In this document: piece after piece, positions 28,661 through 43,358 of the stretch
Numbering within the stretch: the stretch's first letter is position 1
How the letters are laid out: each line of letters opens with the position of its first letter
Assembly: GCA_013824485.1 (NCBI GenBank)
Contig: PNNY01000001.1
Coordinates: forward strand, 12,017-76,016
Origin: Sideroxydans sp.
GTDB lineage: Bacteria; Pseudomonadota; Gammaproteobacteria; Burkholderiales; Gallionellaceae
Length of the DNA: 64,000 nt
Direction: 5' to 3'
The notes under the pieces: generated by a model
Databases searched by the model: none
The model's input: the letters and a program-made list of their open reading frames with translations, nothing else
What the model was told of the DNA's origin: nothing
Made by a program: the position numbers and the translations under genes

Positions 28661-29509
28661 ATGAAACGTTTCGCCATTTTCTTGACCATCGTTCTGACCA
28701 GTCTTTCTTTGCTCGCCGCTAACGCGGAAGCCAAGCGCTTCGGTGGCGGCGGTAGCATCGGCAAGCAACGCAGCATGAGCGCGCCACCACAAAAGGCGGA
28801 TGCTGCGCCTGCGCAACAAGCGGCTCCTGCAACAGCGGGTGCGGCGGCAGCGAAGCAGCCGAACAAATGGCTGGGCCCATTGGCAGGTATCGCTGCCGGT
28901 CTGGGCTTGGCGGCATTGTTCTCGCACTTCGGTTTGGGTGAAGGCATGGGCATGTTGCTGATGATCATCGCAGGTGCGATCGCGGTGTTCTTCCTCATCT
29001 CCATGTTCCGCAAGAAGCAACAACCTGCGATGCAGTATGCGGGTTCAGCCCCTGGTAATACTGGCTATCAAGCGCCCGCTCAGCCTGTGATGAATGGTGG
29101 CAGTGCTGCACCAGCGGCGCCTGTGGCTGCGGCAAACATCCCTGCCGATTTCCCTGTGGATAGCTTCTTGCGCGGCGCGAAGACGACCTTCATCCGCCTG
29201 CAAGCAGCGAACGACCGCAAGGACTTGAACGACATCCGCGAATACACCACGCCTGAGATGTACGCCGAGATCTCGATGCAGATGCAAGAGCGCGGCGATG
29301 CAGCGCAAAAGACCGACGTGGGCTTCGTGAATGCGAGCTTGTTGGAAGTGGTGACTGAGAACGACATCGCAACTGCTAGCGTACGCATGACAGGTCAGAT
29401 CCGAGAGAACAACGGTGCACCTGAGAACTTCGACGAGATCTGGCATGTGCAGAAGGACTTGAAGGACGACAAGGCAGTTTGGCTGTTGTCTGGAATCCAG
29501 CAGGTTTAA
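28661..29509 (+). CDS. Tim44-like domain protein
   Basis: AEAKRFGGGGSIG, FIRLQAA, FDEIWH, WLLSGIQQ. Confidence 0.88.
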   Translation: MKRFAIFLTIVLTSLSLLAANAEAKRFGGGGSIGKQRSMSAPPQKADAAPAQQAAPATAGAAAAKQPNKWLGPLAGIAAGLGLAALFSHFGLGEGMGMLLMIIAGAIAVFFLISMFRKKQQPAMQYAGSAPGNTGYQAPAQPVMNGGSAAPAAPVAAANIPADFPVDSFLRGAKTTFIRLQAANDRKDLNDIREYTTPEMYAEISMQMQERGDAAQKTDVGFVNASLLEVVTENDIATASVRMTGQIRENNGAPENFDEIWHVQKDLKDDKAVWLLSGIQQV

Positions 29510-29530
29510 GCTGAAACTCAAGTAAACTAG

Positions 29531-29560
29531 AGGGCACGGCGACTTCGCTGTGCCCTTTTT
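29531..29560 (+). terminator. rho-independent terminator
   Basis: AGGGCACGGCGA-CT-TCGCTGTGCCCT followed by a T run. Confidence 0.75.
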
Positions 29561-29577
29561 ATTTGAGCCTGCTAGCA

Positions 29578-31101
29578 ATGCGCTTCTTCCGCTTACTCAA
29601 GATCATCTTCATCGTCCTGCGCTTTGGCTTGGACGAATTCTTATTGGCACATGAACGCACGAGTTGGTTGTTGCGCCCGCTCAACTGGCTGCTCTTTTTC
29701 CGCGATGTGTCGCGTCCACGTGCAGAGCGTCTGCGTCTGGCATTGGAAGCGCTGGGCCCCATCTTCGTTAAGTTCGGCCAGTTGCTTTCCACCCGCCGCG
29801 ACCTGATCCCTACCGACATCGCCGATGAGTTGGCGAAGCTGCAAGACCAAGTACCGCCCTTCCCTTCTGCACAAGCAGTGGCTCTACTAGAAACTGCTTA
29901 CGGCAAACGCCTGAGCGAAGTGTTCACTAGCTTCGACGAGACGCCCATCGCCAGCGCATCGGTGGCACAAGTGCATTTCGCGGTGTTGCCGAGTGGACAT
30001 GAAGTGGCGGTAAAGATATTGCGCCCCGGCATCAAACACACTATCGAACACGACATCGCATTGTTGCAGATCTGCGCGGGATTGATCGAGCGTTGGTGGT
30101 CGGATGGCAAGCGCTTGAAGCCGAAGTTGGTCGTCGCCGAATTCGAGAAATATCTGCATGACGAGTTGGATTTGATGCGCGAGGCGTCAAACGCCAGCCA
30201 ACTACGCCGCAACTTCTCCGATGCAAAATTGTTGCTGGTCCCTGAAGTGCATTGGGATTGGTGTTCCGAGCAAGTGATGGTGATGGAGCGTATGCACGGC
30301 ATCCCCATCAGCCAGATCGGTGCGCTGCGCGAAGCGGGGATCAACTTGTCGAAGTTAGCCAGCGACGGTGTGGAGATCTTCTACACGCAGGTGTTCCGCG
30401 ACGGTTTCTTCCATGCCGATATGCACCCCGGCAACATCTTGGTGGCACGTGACGGACGTTATGTGGCGCTCGATTTCGGCATCATGGGGACGCTCACCGA
30501 CAACGACAAGAACTACCTCGCACACAATTTCATCGCCTTCTTCAACCGCGACTACAAGCGTGTGGCCGAGCTACACATCGAGTCGGGTTGGGCGCCGGCG
30601 GATACGCGCGTGGATGAATTTGAAGCAGCGATCCGTTCCGTGTGTGAACCCATCTTTGACAAACCTTTGCGCGATGTCTCTTTCGGCAAAGTGTTGTTGC
30701 GCTTGTTCCAAACCTCGCGCCGATTCGGCATCGAGATCCAACCGCAATTGGTACTCTTGCAAAAGACACTGCTCAACATCGAAGGCTTGGGTTTGCAGCT
30801 CGACCCTGAACTCGATCTGTGGAAAACAGCCAAGCCTTGGTTGGAACGTTGGATGAGCGAGCAAGTAGGCTGGCGCGGCTTCATCAAGACATTGCGCGCG
30901 GAAGCTCCCCGCTACGCATCGCTACTCCCTCAACTCCCTCGTTTGCTGCATCAGCGCTTGAAGGATGATGTCGCCGCACAAGCCGCACCGCTGTTGCTTG
31001 CGATGTTGGCAGAACAAAAAAAGCGCAATGCCTGGTTATCGGTCATTGCGCTCTTGTTGGCGGCGACGTTGGGTCTCGCCGCTTATGTCCATCTGCTTTA
31101 A
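29578..31101 (+). CDS. ubiB: ubiquinone biosynthesis protein kinase-like protein
   Basis: [28 protein letters not shown]. Confidence 0.95.
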   Translation: MRFFRLLKIIFIVLRFGLDEFLLAHERTSWLLRPLNWLLFFRDVSRPRAERLRLALEALGPIFVKFGQLLSTRRDLIPTDIADELAKLQDQVPPFPSAQAVALLETAYGKRLSEVFTSFDETPIASASVAQVHFAVLPSGHEVAVKILRPGIKHTIEHDIALLQICAGLIERWWSDGKRLKPKLVVAEFEKYLHDELDLMREASNASQLRRNFSDAKLLLVPEVHWDWCSEQVMVMERMHGIPISQIGALREAGINLSKLASDGVEIFYTQVFRDGFFHADMHPGNILVARDGRYVALDFGIMGTLTDNDKNYLAHNFIAFFNRDYKRVAELHIESGWAPADTRVDEFEAAIRSVCEPIFDKPLRDVSFGKVLLRLFQTSRRFGIEIQPQLVLLQKTLLNIEGLGLQLDPELDLWKTAKPWLERWMSEQVGWRGFIKTLRAEAPRYASLLPQLPRLLHQRLKDDVAAQAAPLLLAMLAEQKKRNAWLSVIALLLAATLGLAAYVHLL

Positions 31102-31862
31102 ATAAATCCACTGTCCATCAGTTCCTTCGCGAGCGCCTTGTAGTCTGCCGCGCCGGGACTATTTGGCGCATATGCAAACACATCCAAACCATGCATCGGG
31201 CTTGTTGCTAACGCCACCGTCTCACCGATACGTGTCTTACATAGTAGGTTGCCGTATCGCTCTCTGAGTTGATCGTAGATGTCGAAGGACAACTTGCGCC
31301 GTGAATCGAAACGGGTGACCACGATGCGACGTTCGAATTTGCGTTGTAGCTTCTTCTCCAACACGTTCAGTGCGCTATCCAGACGATGTACTCCATGTTG
31401 GGAAAGGTAATCAGCAGAGACAGGAATGAGGACCTTGTCGGCGGCCAGTAGCGCGTTGAGTGTCAGCACACCCAGCATCGGGCAGCAGTCGATCAGGATG
31501 GGGGCGCCAGTCAATGACAGTTCTTCACTCAAACCCTGTTTCAACATCTTGGCGGCTTGTGGGTCGCTGCCGTATAGAGCATCTATCTTCGAAAGTTCGA
31601 GCGTAGCGGGAATGAGTTGCCAGCCTGCAGGTGTCTCATAGATCAACTTAGCGAGCGGCGTGTGTTCTTTAAAGAACGACACGATGCTCTTGGCTTGCGA
31701 GGTGCCGTGCTTGAGGCCAGACGCTAGGCTCAGATGTCCCTGCGGATCCATGTCGATGGCGATCGGACTGCGCTGCGCCAAAGACAATGCCGCTGTCAGA
31801 TTAAGACAGGTCGTGGTCTTTCCTACGCCACCTTTTTGATTGAATACGGCGATGACCGCCAT
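31098..31862 (-). CDS. orphan ParA/Soj-family ATPase
   Basis: [21 protein letters not shown]. Confidence 0.88.
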   Translation of the reverse strand: MAVIAVFNQKGGVGKTTTCLNLTAALSLAQRSPIAIDMDPQGHLSLASGLKHGTSQAKSIVSFFKEHTPLAKLIYETPAGWQLIPATLELSKIDALYGSDPQAAKMLKQGLSEELSLTGAPILIDCCPMLGVLTLNALLAADKVLIPVSADYLSQHGVHRLDSALNVLEKKLQRKFERRIVVTRFDSRRKLSFDIYDQLRERYGNLLCKTRIGETVALATSPMHGLDVFAYAPNSPGAADYKALAKELMDSGFI

Positions 31863-31936
31863 GTTGATACGTCTCCACATAAGTGGGGACGGGTGTGCGC
31901 CGTCTGTAAATCGTTACTTTGATCTATCGACAGTTT

Positions 31937-32051
31937 GTGGCTTCGGCCACCCCTGCGGGGTTTAACTTGCTGCGCAAGTGAGCCTTCGCCGCAAGCCCCG
32001 CGCAAAGTCGGTCACTCAACAGTGACCGACTTTGCAAGATTGCGGGGCTTG
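31937..32051. repeat. multi-hairpin element plus inverted copy of the glmS 3' end
   Basis: Hairpins at 31949-31961 and 31965-31979; 31992-32016 pairs with 32021-32051. Confidence 0.7.
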
Positions 32052-33835
32052 TCCACATCCGTTCCCTTTTCCAGTGCTACGTAATATGCCAGCAGCTGTA
32101 AAGGGATGGTGTGCAGAATAGGACTCAAAAAGCCCGCGTGTTCGGGCATTTGCAGGATGTGGACGCCGTCGGACTCTTTGATGTGGGTCTGGGCATCGGC
32201 AAAGACGAACAGTTCGCCGCCGCGTGCTTTGACTTCTTGCAGGTTCGACTTCAGTTTTTCTAACAGAGTGTCGTTCGGTGCTACCGATACCACGGGCATG
32301 TCGGCATCGACCAAGGCCAGAGGGCCGTGCTTCAGCTCACCAGCTGGATAGGCTTCCGCATGGATGTAGGAGATCTCTTTGAGCTTGAGTGCTCCCTCTG
32401 CCGCGATCGGGTAGTGCATGCCGCGTCCCAAGAACAACGCATGGTGTTTATTGGCAAAGTGCTTGGCCATCTCAGCGATCTTTGGTTCCAGCGCCAATAC
32501 TTTTTGCACGGCTGTAGGCAGGTGGCGCAGCTCATGCAAGAACTGTTGTTCGCGGTCAGCATCCAGACGACCGCGTAGTTTCGCCATGACCAAGGTCAGC
32601 AAGAATAAGGCAGCGAGCTGGGTGGTGAACGCTTTGGTCGATGCCACGCCGATCTCAGGACCTGCACGGGTCAGCAGACGCAGTTTTGACTGACGGATGA
32701 TGGCGCTCTCTGGCACGTTGCAGATGGCCAATGTGAAAGCATGGCCGGTCGTCTTTGCATGGATAAGGGCAGCCAGCGTGTCTGCTGTTTCTCCAGATTG
32801 CGAGATGGTGACAACCAAGGTCTTTGGGTTGGGTACACTGACTCGGTAACGATATTCGCTGGCGATCTCGACATTGCAAGGTATGCCCGCGATCTCTTCC
32901 AACCAATATTTAGCGACTTGACCGGAGTGGTTGCTGGTACCGCAGGCGAGGATAAGGATGTTCTCGACCTGAGGGAAGATGGTGTTGGCTTCTGCACCGA
33001 AGATGCCGGGGACCAATGACTGGCTGTTACATACCGATTCCAAGGTGTTCGCCAGTGCCTGTGGTTGTTCGTGAATTTCTTTCTGCATGTAGTGTTGGTA
33101 CTCACCCAGCTCGACGCTGTCGTTGTCCAATTCACTCACATGCACTGCTCGTTGTACGGGATTACCTTGCTGATCGAAGATACGATAGTTAGCCAAGTTC
33201 ACTTCGACCACATCACCTTCTTCCAGATAGACCACGTTCTTGGTGACTTGCAGAAGTGCTGACATATCCGATGCGACGAAGTGCTCACCTACGCCAACGC
33301 CCAGCAACAGAGGGCTACCTTTGCGCGCAGCAATGAGCTGGTGCGGGTTATCCGCCGCTACGACACCAATAGCGTAGGCACCGACTAACTGCGACAACGC
33401 CATCTGCGTAGCAACTAACAGACTGCCTTGAGCGTAGTGGCTATGAATCAGGTGAGCGATCACTTCGGTGTCGGTATCCGAGGTGAATTCGTAACCTTGT
33501 GCAGTCAGTTCTGTACGCAGTTCTTCGTAGTTTTCGATGATGCCGTTGTGAACCACGGCGATAAGATCGCGGCTGATGTGAGGGTGAGCATTACGCTCGC
33601 TTGGCACTCCGTGAGTCGCCCAACGTGTGTGAGCGATCCCTAACTCGCCATAGGTGTTCGCGCTCTTTGTCGCGAGTTCTGCTACACGCCCTGCACTTCG
33701 TACGCGCTCTAGTTTTGCATCGTGCACGACTACCAGACCCGCCGAGTCATATCCACGATATTCCAAACGCAATAATCCATTCACCAGAATGGATACGATA
33801 TTTCTTTTAGCGACAGCGCCTACGATTCCGCACAT
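32012..33835 (-). CDS. glmS: glutamine--fructose-6-phosphate aminotransferase
   Basis: [25 protein letters not shown]. Confidence 0.97.
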   Translation of the reverse strand: MCGIVGAVAKRNIVSILVNGLLRLEYRGYDSAGLVVVHDAKLERVRSAGRVAELATKSANTYGELGIAHTRWATHGVPSERNAHPHISRDLIAVVHNGIIENYEELRTELTAQGYEFTSDTDTEVIAHLIHSHYAQGSLLVATQMALSQLVGAYAIGVVAADNPHQLIAARKGSPLLLGVGVGEHFVASDMSALLQVTKNVVYLEEGDVVEVNLANYRIFDQQGNPVQRAVHVSELDNDSVELGEYQHYMQKEIHEQPQALANTLESVCNSQSLVPGIFGAEANTIFPQVENILILACGTSNHSGQVAKYWLEEIAGIPCNVEIASEYRYRVSVPNPKTLVVTISQSGETADTLAALIHAKTTGHAFTLAICNVPESAIIRQSKLRLLTRAGPEIGVASTKAFTTQLAALFLLTLVMAKLRGRLDADREQQFLHELRHLPTAVQKVLALEPKIAEMAKHFANKHHALFLGRGMHYPIAAEGALKLKEISYIHAEAYPAGELKHGPLALVDADMPVVSVAPNDTLLEKLKSNLQEVKARGGELFVFADAQTHIKESDGVHILQMPEHAGFLSPILHTIPLQLLAYYVALEKGTDVDKPRNLAKSVTVE

Positions 33836-33836
33836 A

Positions 33837-35201
33837 TTATTTCTTCACTTTCTGCGGGCGCTTCCACCCGTTGATGGTTATCTGTTTGCTGCGCGACAAA
33901 GTCAGTTCGTTATCGGGCGCGTCTTTGGTGATGGTCGATCCTGCGCCGATGGTCGCGCCCTTGCCCACACGTACTGGAGCGACCAATTGGGTATCGGATC
34001 CGATGAACGCATCGTCTTCGATGATGGTGCGGAATTTGTTCGCGCCATCGTAATTGCAGGTGATGGTACCTGCGCCGATATTGACGCGACTACCCACCGT
34101 GCTGTCCCCGATATAACTTAGATGATTGGCTTTGCTTCCTTTACCGATCTCGCTATTTTTTATCTCGACGAAGTTGCCCACGTGCGCATCCTCTGCCAAC
34201 TTTGTTCCAGGACGCAAACGTGCATACGGTCCGATGTGGCAGTTAGCCCCTACTTCGCTGCTATCGATGTGACTGTAAGCGGCGATCTGTGTGCCTTGTT
34301 CGATACTGGCATTACGAATGATGCTGTAAGCCCCCACTCGCACTCGATCACCCAGCTTCACTTCTCCCTCGAAGATGCAGCCGACATCGATCTCGACGTC
34401 GCGTCCACAGGTGAGATTCCCACGTACGTCCAAGCGTTCAGGGTCAGCCAAGGTGACGCCTTGTGCCATCAGTTTGTTCGCTAGCGTTTGCTGCCACACG
34501 CGCTCTAAGGTGGCGAGTTGAGATTTGTTGTTGATTCCCTCAACTTCCCAGCGCTGTGCAGGTTGTGTGGATCTCACTTCAATTCCATCTGCAACGGCCA
34601 TCGCTACGATGTCTGTAAGGTAGTACTCACCTTGCGCGTTGTTGTTACCCAGTTTGCTCAACCATTCACGCAACTTTTTGGTTGGTGCGAGCAGGATGCC
34701 CGTGTTCACTTCGGTGATTTTTCGTTGCTCGTTATTCGCATCTTTTTCTTCGACGATGCACTGGATCGCACCTTGTGCGTTGCGCACGATACGGCCATAA
34801 CCTGTTGGATTGTCTAGATTCACCGTGAGCAATACCAAGCCTTCACCAGCCTGTTGCATCTGCTGCAAAGTTTGCGTTTGGGTCAGGGGCACATCACCGT
34901 ACAACACCAGCGTGCGGCTATTATCTTCAAGGTGTGGCATCGCTTGTTGCACTGCGTGTCCGGTACCGAGCTGCGGTTCTTGAATGACGAAATTCGCGCC
35001 ATAGCTAGACATCGCTTGTGGCACCGCATCACCGCCATGTCCATACACCACGCAGACTTGCTCTGCCTTAAGCTCGACCGCTCTATCCAAGATGTGTTGT
35101 ACCAACGGTTTCCCCGCGAGTGCATGCAACACTTTCGGTTTGTCGGAATACATACGTGTGCCTTTGCCGGCAGCGAGGATGACGATGTTCAAGGCGTTCA
35201 T
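33837..35201 (-). CDS. glmU: bifunctional GlcNAc-1-P uridyltransferase / acetyltransferase
   Basis: LAAGKGTRM, hexapeptide repeats, NYDGANK. Confidence 0.96.
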   Translation of the reverse strand: MNALNIVILAAGKGTRMYSDKPKVLHALAGKPLVQHILDRAVELKAEQVCVVYGHGGDAVPQAMSSYGANFVIQEPQLGTGHAVQQAMPHLEDNSRTLVLYGDVPLTQTQTLQQMQQAGEGLVLLTVNLDNPTGYGRIVRNAQGAIQCIVEEKDANNEQRKITEVNTGILLAPTKKLREWLSKLGNNNAQGEYYLTDIVAMAVADGIEVRSTQPAQRWEVEGINNKSQLATLERVWQQTLANKLMAQGVTLADPERLDVRGNLTCGRDVEIDVGCIFEGEVKLGDRVRVGAYSIIRNASIEQGTQIAAYSHIDSSEVGANCHIGPYARLRPGTKLAEDAHVGNFVEIKNSEIGKGSKANHLSYIGDSTVGSRVNIGAGTITCNYDGANKFRTIIEDDAFIGSDTQLVAPVRVGKGATIGAGSTITKDAPDNELTLSRSKQITINGWKRPQKVKK

Positions 35202-35245
35202 ATCAGTGGCTTTTTGAGGATGGCGAAGTATATCGTCCATACAGC

Positions 35246-35271
35246 AAAAAAGCAGCCGAAGCTGCTTTTTT
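35246..35271 (-). terminator. atp operon terminator (bidirectional type)
   Basis: AAAAAAGCAGC-CGAA-GCTGCTTTTTT. Confidence 0.8.
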
Positions 35272-35294
35272 GTTGATTGCTTTTGATGCGGTGC

Positions 35295-35720
35295 TTAGTG
35301 CGTGTTCTTGCGCATCTGCGAGATGGCACGCAGTTGAGCCAATGCTTCGGCCAGTTCTGCTTGGGCTGCCGCGTAATCGATATCAGAACTACGGTTCTTC
35401 ATCGCTTCTTCAGCCGCTTGCTTCGCTTCCAGTGCACGAGCCTCGTCCAAGTCGGCACCACGGATGGCGGTATCTGCCAGCACAGTGATGACGTTAGGTT
35501 GGATCTCTAGCATGCCGCCGGAGACGTAGACCAACTCTTCTTGCTCTTGATCTGGGCGCTTGATGCGAACCGCACCTGGTTTGATACGCGTCATCAACGC
35601 AGTGTGGCGAGGATAGATCCCCAACTCGCCCATTTCGCCTGGAACTACGACGAACTCGGCCAAGCCGGAGAAGATCTGCTCTTCTGCGCTCACCACGTCT
35701 ACATGTACGGTCATTGCCAT
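35295..35720 (-). CDS. atpC: ATP synthase epsilon subunit
   Basis: [16 protein letters not shown]. Confidence 0.96.
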   Translation of the reverse strand: MAMTVHVDVVSAEEQIFSGLAEFVVVPGEMGELGIYPRHTALMTRIKPGAVRIKRPDQEQEELVYVSGGMLEIQPNVITVLADTAIRGADLDEARALEAKQAAEEAMKNRSSDIDYAAAQAELAEALAQLRAISQMRKNTH

Positions 35721-35735
35721 GGTTGCTCCCGATTA

Positions 35736-37172
<1,437 letters not shown>

Positions 37173-37220
37173 CTAAATTAATTCTAAAATTCTTTGCTAA
37201 CTAAAATCACTCTACCTGCT

Positions 37221-37290
37221 GCGCTTGGACGATTTGGTCTCGACTAACATTCGCTTCGCTCATATTAGTCTCGCCCAATCATTCCAACGC
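37221..37290. repeat. REP-like long hairpin overlapping the atpG stop codon
   Basis: Nested arms TTGGA/TCCAA, GATTTGG/CCAATC and GACTAA/TTAGTC around TTCGCTTCGCTC. Confidence 0.55.
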
Positions 37291-38145
37291 TGCCGCGCCG
37301 CCCACGATTTCCGAAATCTCTTTCGTGATCGCTGCCTGACGTGCTTTGTTGTAGACCAATTTGAGTTCGCTGATGACGCTCTTCGCATTGTCAGACGCTG
37401 CCTTCATCGCCACCATGCGTGAGCTTTGCTCGGAAGCGATGTTCTCAACGACCGCTTGGTAGACCAAGGACTCGATGTAGCGAATGAACAACTCGTCGAT
37501 GACTTTTTTAGCATCTGGTTCGTAGATGTAGTCCCAAGTCGCATCGCTCGTACCCAGCTTCTCACCAGTCAGCGGCAACAATTGCTCGACTCGAGGCTCT
37601 TGACGCATGGTGTTGATGAAGTGGTTGTAGCTCAGGTAGATCGCGTCGATCTCGCCCGCAACGTAGGCATCCAACATCGCTTTCACGGTGCCAATCAGCT
37701 TCTCCACGTGTGGTGTATCGCCCAGACCAACCATATGCGATTTCACTTTTGCGCCGATACGGTTCATAAAGCCGAAGCCTTTGTTACCGATAGGGCAAAC
37801 GAGCAATCCCTTACCTTCACCTTCCCATGTCTTCATCTCGTTCACAGCCAGACGCAACAAGTTGGTGTTCAAACCACCACACAAGCCTTTGTCTGAGGTG
37901 ACGACAATGAGACCAACGTTCTTCACGTTCTCGCGCTTGGCCAAGAATGCATGCTTGTATTCTGGGTTGGCACGCGACAAATGCGCAGCGACGTTGCGGA
38001 TCTTTTCGGCGTAGGGACGAGCGGCACGCATGCGTTCCTGCGCTCTGCGCATCTTCGCTGCTGCCACCATCTCCATCGCACGGGTGATCTTGCGCGTATT
38101 CTCTACGCTCTTGATCTTGGTGCGAATCTCTTTACTGCCGGCCAT
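37279..38145 (-). CDS. atpG: ATP synthase gamma subunit
   Basis: [26 protein letters not shown]. Confidence 0.97.
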   Translation of the reverse strand: MAGSKEIRTKIKSVENTRKITRAMEMVAAAKMRRAQERMRAARPYAEKIRNVAAHLSRANPEYKHAFLAKRENVKNVGLIVVTSDKGLCGGLNTNLLRLAVNEMKTWEGEGKGLLVCPIGNKGFGFMNRIGAKVKSHMVGLGDTPHVEKLIGTVKAMLDAYVAGEIDAIYLSYNHFINTMRQEPRVEQLLPLTGEKLGTSDATWDYIYEPDAKKVIDELFIRYIESLVYQAVVENIASEQSSRMVAMKAASDNAKSVISELKLVYNKARQAAITKEISEIVGGAAALE

Positions 38146-38158
38146 AAATCACCTCGCC

Positions 38159-39700
38159 TTAATAAGCTGCGCTAGCCTTGAACGATTCGATAGCTGCAAC
38201 CAACAACTTTTCGTTGTCAGCAGACAGATCCTTTGTCGATTCGATCGCGTCCATCAATGCCTTGTTCTTGGAACCCAAGTGAGCATGCAGACCAGCTTCG
38301 AAAGCCAATACCTTAGGCACGGCCACGTCGTCGAAGTAACCCTTGTTGACAGCGAACAGTGTCGCAGCCATCTTGGAAACGGACAGAGGAGCGTACTGCA
38401 ATTGCTTCATCAGCTCAGTAACGATCTTGCCGCGCTCGAGTTGCTTGCGGGTCGCTTCGTCCAAGTCGGAAGCGAACTGTGCGAACGCTGCCAATTCACG
38501 ATATTGAGCCAGTGCCAGACGCACACCTCCACCCAATTTCTTGATGACCTTGGTTTGAGCTGCGCCACCAACGCGAGATACGGATACACCCGCGTTGATC
38601 GCTGGACGGATACCTGCGTTGAACAAGTCCGATTCCAAGAAGATCTGACCGTCGGTGATGGAAATCACGTTGGTTGGAACGAATGCGGAAACGTCACCGG
38701 CTTGTGTCTCGATCACTGGCAGAGCGGTCAAAGAACCAGTCTTGCCTTTGACTGCGCCTTTGGTGAAGGCTTCAACATATTCAGCATTCACACGAGCTGC
38801 GCGCTCCAACAGACGAGAGTGCAAATAGAACACGTCGCCTGGGTAAGCTTCACGACCGGGTGGACGGCGCAACAGTAGGGAGATTTGACGATATGCCCAA
38901 GCTTGCTTGGTCAAGTCATCGTAAACGATCAACGCATCTTCGCCACGGTCACGGAAGTATTCGCCCATGGTGCAGCCAGCGTATGGAGCCAAGAATTGCA
39001 TCGCTGCGGAATCAGAAGCGGTCGCAGCAACTACGATGGTGTATTCCATCGCGCCGTGCTCTTCTAACTTGCGCACTACGTTAGCGACTGTAGAAGCCTT
39101 TTGGCCGATCGCAACGTAGATACAGGTCATGTTCTGACCCTTTTGGTTGATGATGGCATCAACAGCAACAGCAGTCTTACCTGTCTGACGGTCGCCGATG
39201 ATCAGTTCGCGCTGACCGCGACCAACTGGAACCATGGAGTCGATGGACTTCAGACCGGTTTGTACTGGTTGGTCGACAGACTTACGAGCGATAACGCCAG
39301 GAGCGACTTTTTCGATCTTGTCGGTCATCTTGGCATTGATTGGGCCTTTGCCGTCGATGGGTTGGCCCAGCGCGTTAACTACACGACCGCGTAATTCTGG
39401 ACCAACTGGCACTTCCAAGATACGACCAGTACATTTAACTGTGTCGCCTTCGGTGATGTGTTCGTATTCACCCAAGATAACCGCACCAACGGAGTCGCGC
39501 TCTAGGTTCAGCGCCAAACCGAAAGTGTTGCCTGGGAATTCCAACATCTCGCCTTGCATCACATCGGACAAGCCGTGTACGCGAACGATACCGTCGGTGA
39601 CGCTGACCACCGTACCTTCGGTGCGCGCTTGGGTCAGTGCTTCGAAGTTCTCGATGCGACTGCGAATCAGATTACTAATTTCGGAAGGGTTGAGCTTCAT
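38159..39700 (-). CDS. atpA: ATP synthase alpha subunit
   Basis: [20 protein letters not shown]. Confidence 0.98.
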   Translation of the reverse strand: MKLNPSEISNLIRSRIENFEALTQARTEGTVVSVTDGIVRVHGLSDVMQGEMLEFPGNTFGLALNLERDSVGAVILGEYEHITEGDTVKCTGRILEVPVGPELRGRVVNALGQPIDGKGPINAKMTDKIEKVAPGVIARKSVDQPVQTGLKSIDSMVPVGRGQRELIIGDRQTGKTAVAVDAIINQKGQNMTCIYVAIGQKASTVANVVRKLEEHGAMEYTIVVAATASDSAAMQFLAPYAGCTMGEYFRDRGEDALIVYDDLTKQAWAYRQISLLLRRPPGREAYPGDVFYLHSRLLERAARVNAEYVEAFTKGAVKGKTGSLTALPVIETQAGDVSAFVPTNVISITDGQIFLESDLFNAGIRPAINAGVSVSRVGGAAQTKVIKKLGGGVRLALAQYRELAAFAQFASDLDEATRKQLERGKIVTELMKQLQYAPLSVSKMAATLFAVNKGYFDDVAVPKVLAFEAGLHAHLGSKNKALMDAIESTKDLSADNEKLLVAAIESFKASAAY

Positions 39701-39750
39701 CTGGATTTCCTCATTCTTGATAATTCTTTATCAGGCCAAGTTGGTAGCAA

Positions 39751-40290
39751 TTAAGCAAGCGCGTTCGCCATTTCGCTAAGGCGTGTGAGCGCAGAGCCGT
39801 CGATCACCTTGTCACCGGCGCGGATCACCACGCCACCCAGCAGATCTTTTTTCACGTTACAAGCCAACTTGATTTCACGGCCCATACGCTTCTTCAGCGA
39901 GCTGACGATCTTGTCTTGTTGTGCAGCAGACAGTTCAAAAGCCGAATCGACCACTACATTGACCGTCTTCTCAGCTTCCGCTTTCAGCACTTCGAACAAT
40001 TCAGCGATCTCTGGCAATACCAGCAGACGCTGGTTATCAGCCAAGACACGCACGAAGTTGCGTTGTTGTGCATTCGCATTCGCACTCGCACCCGCAAAAG
40101 CATCCATCAGGTCAGCTACTTTGGCCTTTGATACCTTTGGGTTGCTGACAACGGCGTGCACATCGGCGTTCTGCACTACATCAGCCAGACCGAGCAACAA
40201 CTCGGACCAAGCTTTAAGTGCGTTCTGCTTTTGCGCTTCTTCGAACGCTGCCTGAGCGTAAGGACGTGCAATAGTAATGGCGTTAGACAT
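39751..40290 (-). CDS. atpH: ATP synthase delta subunit
   Basis: IARPYAQA, LLGGVVI..GDKVIDGS. Confidence 0.95.
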   Translation of the reverse strand: MSNAITIARPYAQAAFEEAQKQNALKAWSELLLGLADVVQNADVHAVVSNPKVSKAKVADLMDAFAGASANANAQQRNFVRVLADNQRLLVLPEIAELFEVLKAEAEKTVNVVVDSAFELSAAQQDKIVSSLKKRMGREIKLACNVKKDLLGGVVIRAGDKVIDGSALTRLSEMANALA

Positions 40291-40295
40291 GACGA

Positions 40296-40766
40296 TCAGA
40301 TTTCCGCAACGAGTTTATCGAGCAGATCGTTGTGCGCCTTCGCATCGATCTCACGGCCCAAGATCTTACCGGCACCTGCCAGCGCGATGGCCGACACTTG
40401 GGTACGCAGTTGTTCTTTGGCACGGAACACTTCTTGATCGATCTCAGCTTTGGCACCAGCGATGATACGGTCGCCTTCTACCTTAGCTTGATTCTTGGCT
40501 TCTTCAACGATCTCACTACCGCGCTTTTCGCTGTTGGCGATGATGTCACTAGCTTTTTCTTTCGCTTCGCGCAGGATCTCTGCTGAACGTTTAGAAGCTA
40601 GCTCCAGATCATGCTTAGCACGTTCAGCATCGGCCAATCCATCGGCGATCTGTTTCTTACGTGCTTCCAGCGCAGCGACGATCGGTGTCCACACGAACTT
40701 CATGCAGAACCACACGAACAACGCGAACATGATGGTCTGAGCGAGAAGAGTTGCATTGATATTCAT
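40296..40766 (-). CDS. atpF: ATP synthase subunit b
   Basis: MNINATL..Q...FVWFCMKFVW. Confidence 0.96.
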   Translation of the reverse strand: MNINATLLAQTIMFALFVWFCMKFVWTPIVAALEARKKQIADGLADAERAKHDLELASKRSAEILREAKEKASDIIANSEKRGSEIVEEAKNQAKVEGDRIIAGAKAEIDQEVFRAKEQLRTQVSAIALAGAGKILGREIDAKAHNDLLDKLVAEI

Positions 40767-40807
40767 GCAAGCTTCCTTTCTTTATTATGCGTTTTGCGTT
40801 GAGCGGA

Positions 40808-41050
<243 letters not shown>

Positions 41051-41090
41051 CTATTTCTCCTGTTGATAAATAATAAAGTTGATAAAAGAA

Positions 41091-42478
<1,388 letters not shown>

Positions 42479-43348
42479 TTAACTGCCCTTTGTGAGCTTG
42501 TTCAGCAAGTCACTCAGCTGATCATTACTCGAATATTCGATGACCAACTTGCCCGCTCCCTTTTTGCTGCTCTTGATCTCGACACGCGTCCCTAGTTGCT
42601 CGCTGACCTCTTCTTGGATGCGTAGCGTATCTCTGTCCTCTGCAGGTTTCTTTGTAGCTGATGGGTTTGTCGGGGATTCTGCTTGACGTTGCACCAAGCG
42701 CTCCGCTTCACGGACGGAGAGTTTTTCCATCACTATCTTGTTGGCAAGCAATATCTGCTGTGCTGGCTCAAGCGTAAGCAATGCCCGCGCATGACCCATA
42801 TCTAGAAGATTACCCATGAGCATCTCTTGTACGTCCGCTGGCAATTTCAGCAAACGCAACAAATTACTTGCAGCGCTACGTGAGCGACCCACCGCTTCTG
42901 CGGCGGCTTGATGCGTCATTTGGAATTCATCGATCAAGCGCTGGATACCAATGGCCTCTTCCAATGGATTCAGATCTTCGCGTTGGATATTCTCGATCAG
43001 CGCCATCGCCAAGGCCGCGTTATCGGGCACCTTGCGTATAAGTACTGGAACTTGTTTTAGCTCTGCCAGTTGAGCAGCGCGCCAGCGGCGCTCGCCTGCG
43101 ATGATCTCGTAGCCACCATTCGGCAATTCGCGCGCCAAGATCGGCTGGATGATGCCTTGCACCCTGATGGAAGAAGCGAGTTCGTTCAATGAAGCCTCAT
43201 CCATCTGGCTGCGTGGCTGATATTTACCCGGCCTGAGTTCTTCCACTTTGAGTTCGCGCAGCGTGTCGTTCGACTTTGTCGAACCACTCCCAGCCAGCAA
43301 CGCATCCAACCCGCGCCCTAATCCCTTATTCGGTTTGACCATGTTCAT
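42479..43348 (-). CDS. parB: chromosome partitioning protein ParB
   Basis: KGLGRGLDALL, GERRWRA, ENIQREDL. Confidence 0.96.
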   Translation of the reverse strand: MNMVKPNKGLGRGLDALLAGSGSTKSNDTLRELKVEELRPGKYQPRSQMDEASLNELASSIRVQGIIQPILARELPNGGYEIIAGERRWRAAQLAELKQVPVLIRKVPDNAALAMALIENIQREDLNPLEEAIGIQRLIDEFQMTHQAAAEAVGRSRSAASNLLRLLKLPADVQEMLMGNLLDMGHARALLTLEPAQQILLANKIVMEKLSVREAERLVQRQAESPTNPSATKKPAEDRDTLRIQEEVSEQLGTRVEIKSSKKGAGKLVIEYSSNDQLSDLLNKLTKGS

Positions 43349-43358
43349 CTTTCCTTTT

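Noticed and set aside
31863-32011. Tn7 insertion downstream of glmS
   Set aside because: No TGT...ACA ends, TnsB-site repeats or tns genes
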